Positions 44,086-44,174 of a DNA stretch of 44,174 nt are shown piece after piece; position 1 is the first letter of the stretch; each line of letters begins with the position of its first letter. Made by a program: the position numbers and the translations under genes. Below the pieces are notes generated by a model that saw only the letters and a program-made list of their open reading frames with translations, had not been told where the DNA came from and did no database searches. The stretch comes from Parvularia atlantis (lineage: Eukaryota): assembly GCA_943704415.1 (NCBI GenBank), contig CALSCO010000261.1, positions 1-44,174 on the forward strand. The letters are read 5' to 3'.

Positions 44086-44174
44086 TTAGTTGCCGAGGCG
44101 GAAGGCGGCGGGTCGCTCAACTTGAAGGCCGGCCATGTAGCACTTCCACAGGTAGGTGATGTTGCGCGCAGCGT
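44086..44174 (-). CDS. 3' end of an unidentified gene running in from beyond the window
   Basis: Frame AARNITYLWKCYMAGLQVERPAAFRLGN* with codon usage like neighbouring genes. Stop TAA at 44086-44088. Confidence 0.5.
   Translation of the reverse strand, partial: AARNITYLWKCYMAGLQVERPAAFRLGN

Noticed and set aside
1..44174. Long Arg/Ala/Pro-rich ORFs in the six-frame track (e.g. 17639-19081, 25675-27132, 36918-38258)
   Set aside because: Shadow frames caused by high GC and stop scarcity. They overlap spliced genes that have clear family motifs.

Overview
GC-rich eukaryotic nuclear DNA, extremely gene-dense. By splicing exons manually I find about 25 protein-coding genes, broken by roughly 200 (my estimate) very short introns: mostly 45-70 nt, donor GTGCG(C/T), branch CTGAC/CTCAC, acceptor mostly CAG, little polypyrimidine tract. 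Most entries in the ORF track are therefore fragments or shadows. Genes in order: receptor-type TKL kinase (5' truncated), PWP1, CNOT10, Drp1-like dynamin, squalene epoxidase, CNPPD1-type cyclin, TTC39/Iml2, MORN+ubiquitin-like protein, a Myb-like homologue of the p1 subunit of the MTA1/AMT1 6mA methyltransferase complex, M28 aminopeptidase, patatin TAG lipase, progranulin, mitochondrial phosphate carrier, PILS-type transporter, AAR2, N-formylglutamate amidohydrolase-like, SCOT, a bacterial-type PLP fold-III enzyme, MIC26/27, SCOC-like microprotein, DUS4, mL41, a bacterial-type RimK-like ATP-grasp ligase, a four-repeat Cys-rich membrane protein, and a 3' gene fragment. The mix of fungal-like and animal-like genes suggests a unicellular opisthokont, possibly a nucleariid such as Parvularia (inference). 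Most interesting signal: two non-coding gaps (about 10.80-11.06 kb and 43.83-44.04 kb) hold divergent copies of one unrecognised element, with eight colinear motifs and equivalent stems, consistent with an undescribed structured RNA family. Also notable: two divergent genes whose start codons overlap in a single CATG, near-zero intergenic spacing, and at least 15 candidate GC-AG introns. Gene spans are first codon to stop and include introns. All family assignments are from remembered motifs, not database searches.
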